This document shows positions 62,721 through 64,000 of a stretch of 64,000 nucleotides of DNA, in pieces (the stretch's first letter is position 1; each line of letters starts with the position of its first letter). Source of the DNA: Chiloscyllium plagiosum. Lineage: Eukaryota. The notes below the pieces were generated by a model. The model searched no databases and had not been told where the DNA came from. It saw only the letters and a program-made list of their open reading frames with translations. Both the position numbers and the translations under genes were made by a program. The stretch is taken from assembly GCF_004010195.1 (NCBI RefSeq), contig NC_057714.1, positions 13,154,176-13,218,175 of the forward strand, written 5' to 3'.

Positions 62721-62975
62721 CAAAAACAGAAGCTGCTGGAAAAGCTCAGCAGGTCTGGCAGCATTTGTGAAGGAAAATCAAAGCTAATGTTTCAGGTCCA
62801 GTGACCCTTGCTCAGAACAGACGGGGGAAGGTAAGTTTCTCAGTCTGAGGAAGGGTCACTGGATCAGAAACATTAACTCTGATTTTTCTTTACAGATGCT
62901 GCCAGAGCTGCTGCGCTTTTCCAGCAATTCCTGTTTTTGTACCGGATTTAAACCATCTGCAGTTTTTTGGGTTTT
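62721..62975. mobile_element. Fold-back PLE-derived element with hammerhead-like cores on both strands
   Basis: Inverted arms of about 95 bp. Plus core CTGAGGAagggtcactggatcaGAAAcaTT from 62845. Minus core gttCTGAGCAagggtcactggacctGAAAcaTT. Confidence 0.85.
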
Positions 62976-63435
62976 TATAAAGAAGACCTTCCAATACTCA
63001 GTGTGCTACAAATCAGTTTAAAAAAAAACTAACTGAGACAGCAGAACTTCAGTCAGACCATAAAATCCCGAGTTGTGAAACCAATCGTTTGCCTACCAAT
63101 GTCGACGTTACCTATAGGACCTGCAACAACTACTGCCTCAAAAACCAAAGTGCTTGGAAACACTACAACTGACATCCCCTCCAACTCACGCAGCAAAATG
63201 CCATGGGACTATTTTGCCATTCTCTAAACTGTCGTTGGGTTACAATCCTGGAAAGGGTGATAAATGCCAGGCTTGTCAGCAATGCCTGCATCTCAAGGAG
63301 GAAAATGAAACTGCACTTACTAAGTTAAGATTTTACTCAGTGAAGACTATCGGTTTAATAACAGGAACTACAATTTCACTAGGAGATCCAGAACAACACA
63401 TTCTATTGGTTTATGTAATTTAGACTCAAACTTAC

Positions 63436-63604
63436 CTTCTTTTAAGATATTATAGGAGAGGATACGAGCTCTTTCGAGATCTCCTTGTTGTCGGCAGATT
63501 GCAACATAAACTCGAGAAAGTGCCTGAAGACAGTTACCATCCAGGGTCATTTGCTCAACCTTCAGTTTCTTGAGAATAGCCATCATTAAAGCTTCTGTTA
63601 ATTC
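63436..63604 (-). CDS. ICE1: ICE1 coding exon (first in window; gene continues beyond 64000)
   Basis: Acceptor caatAG, donor G|GTAAG; 169 nt, phase 0 to 1. ELTEALMMAILKKLKVEQMTLDGNCLQALSRVYVAICRQQGDLERARILSYNILKE matches recalled human ICE1 HALCRVYVGICRQLGDLERARLFCYSLLKE. Confidence 0.95.
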
Positions 63605-64000
63605 CTATTGTCAACAAGTGAAGAGATTACTGCATCAACAATCACCAATAAACTACATTTCAAAGAACCCGTACCATAGAAATAAGTCATTTGTCCTAAT
63701 TGGTTAATATCATTATAAATATTCCACGACAGCCCCCTCTTCCCCGAATTGCCTTTTAATTAACATGGCCTTTTATCTTCCATTGGTGTGCACAGACAGA
63801 TTACACGTATGACCCCATTAAATAGTTTTATGCAGCCACAATGGTTGTGCACTTACAGCCAAGCAGCTAAGAGGTAACACTTCCTTGATCAGAATCAAAA
63901 CCATGCAGTCTGGTCCAGCAATTAAAGAATAAGCAGGTATGACCCACCACAGTACCTTTACCGCCGAAAGTGAAAACCTGGCCTTAGTTGTCTCCACACA

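Overview
Eukaryotic, repeat-dense genomic DNA from a cartilaginous fish, inferred from many HE1-type V-SINEs with (TTAGA)n tails, CR1/HER1 LINEs and Penelope-like elements (PLEs). The only intact host gene is the 3' part of ICE1 (little elongation complex subunit 1) on the minus strand: six coding exons from 63604 down to the stop at 41371, all with GT-AG sites and matching phases. Downstream of ICE1 (about 1.4-25.8 kb), between the repeats, are remains of apparently three decayed multi-exon genes. One is a recognisable DUF4211/CCDC82-like pseudogene (minus, about 21.4-25.8 kb). The other two are unidentified (plus, about 5.6-17 kb; minus, about 1.4-4.6 kb). A second theme is short PLE-derived fold-back elements whose symmetry axis sits on a minimal type I hammerhead ribozyme core. 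Also present are two candidate solo LTRs, a TA-flanked MITE, several locally templated duplications, a 27-bp minisatellite and one protein-like intronic segment of unknown, possibly viral, origin. Homology calls come from manual translation against reference sequences recalled from memory, not database searches. Repeat boundaries are approximate.
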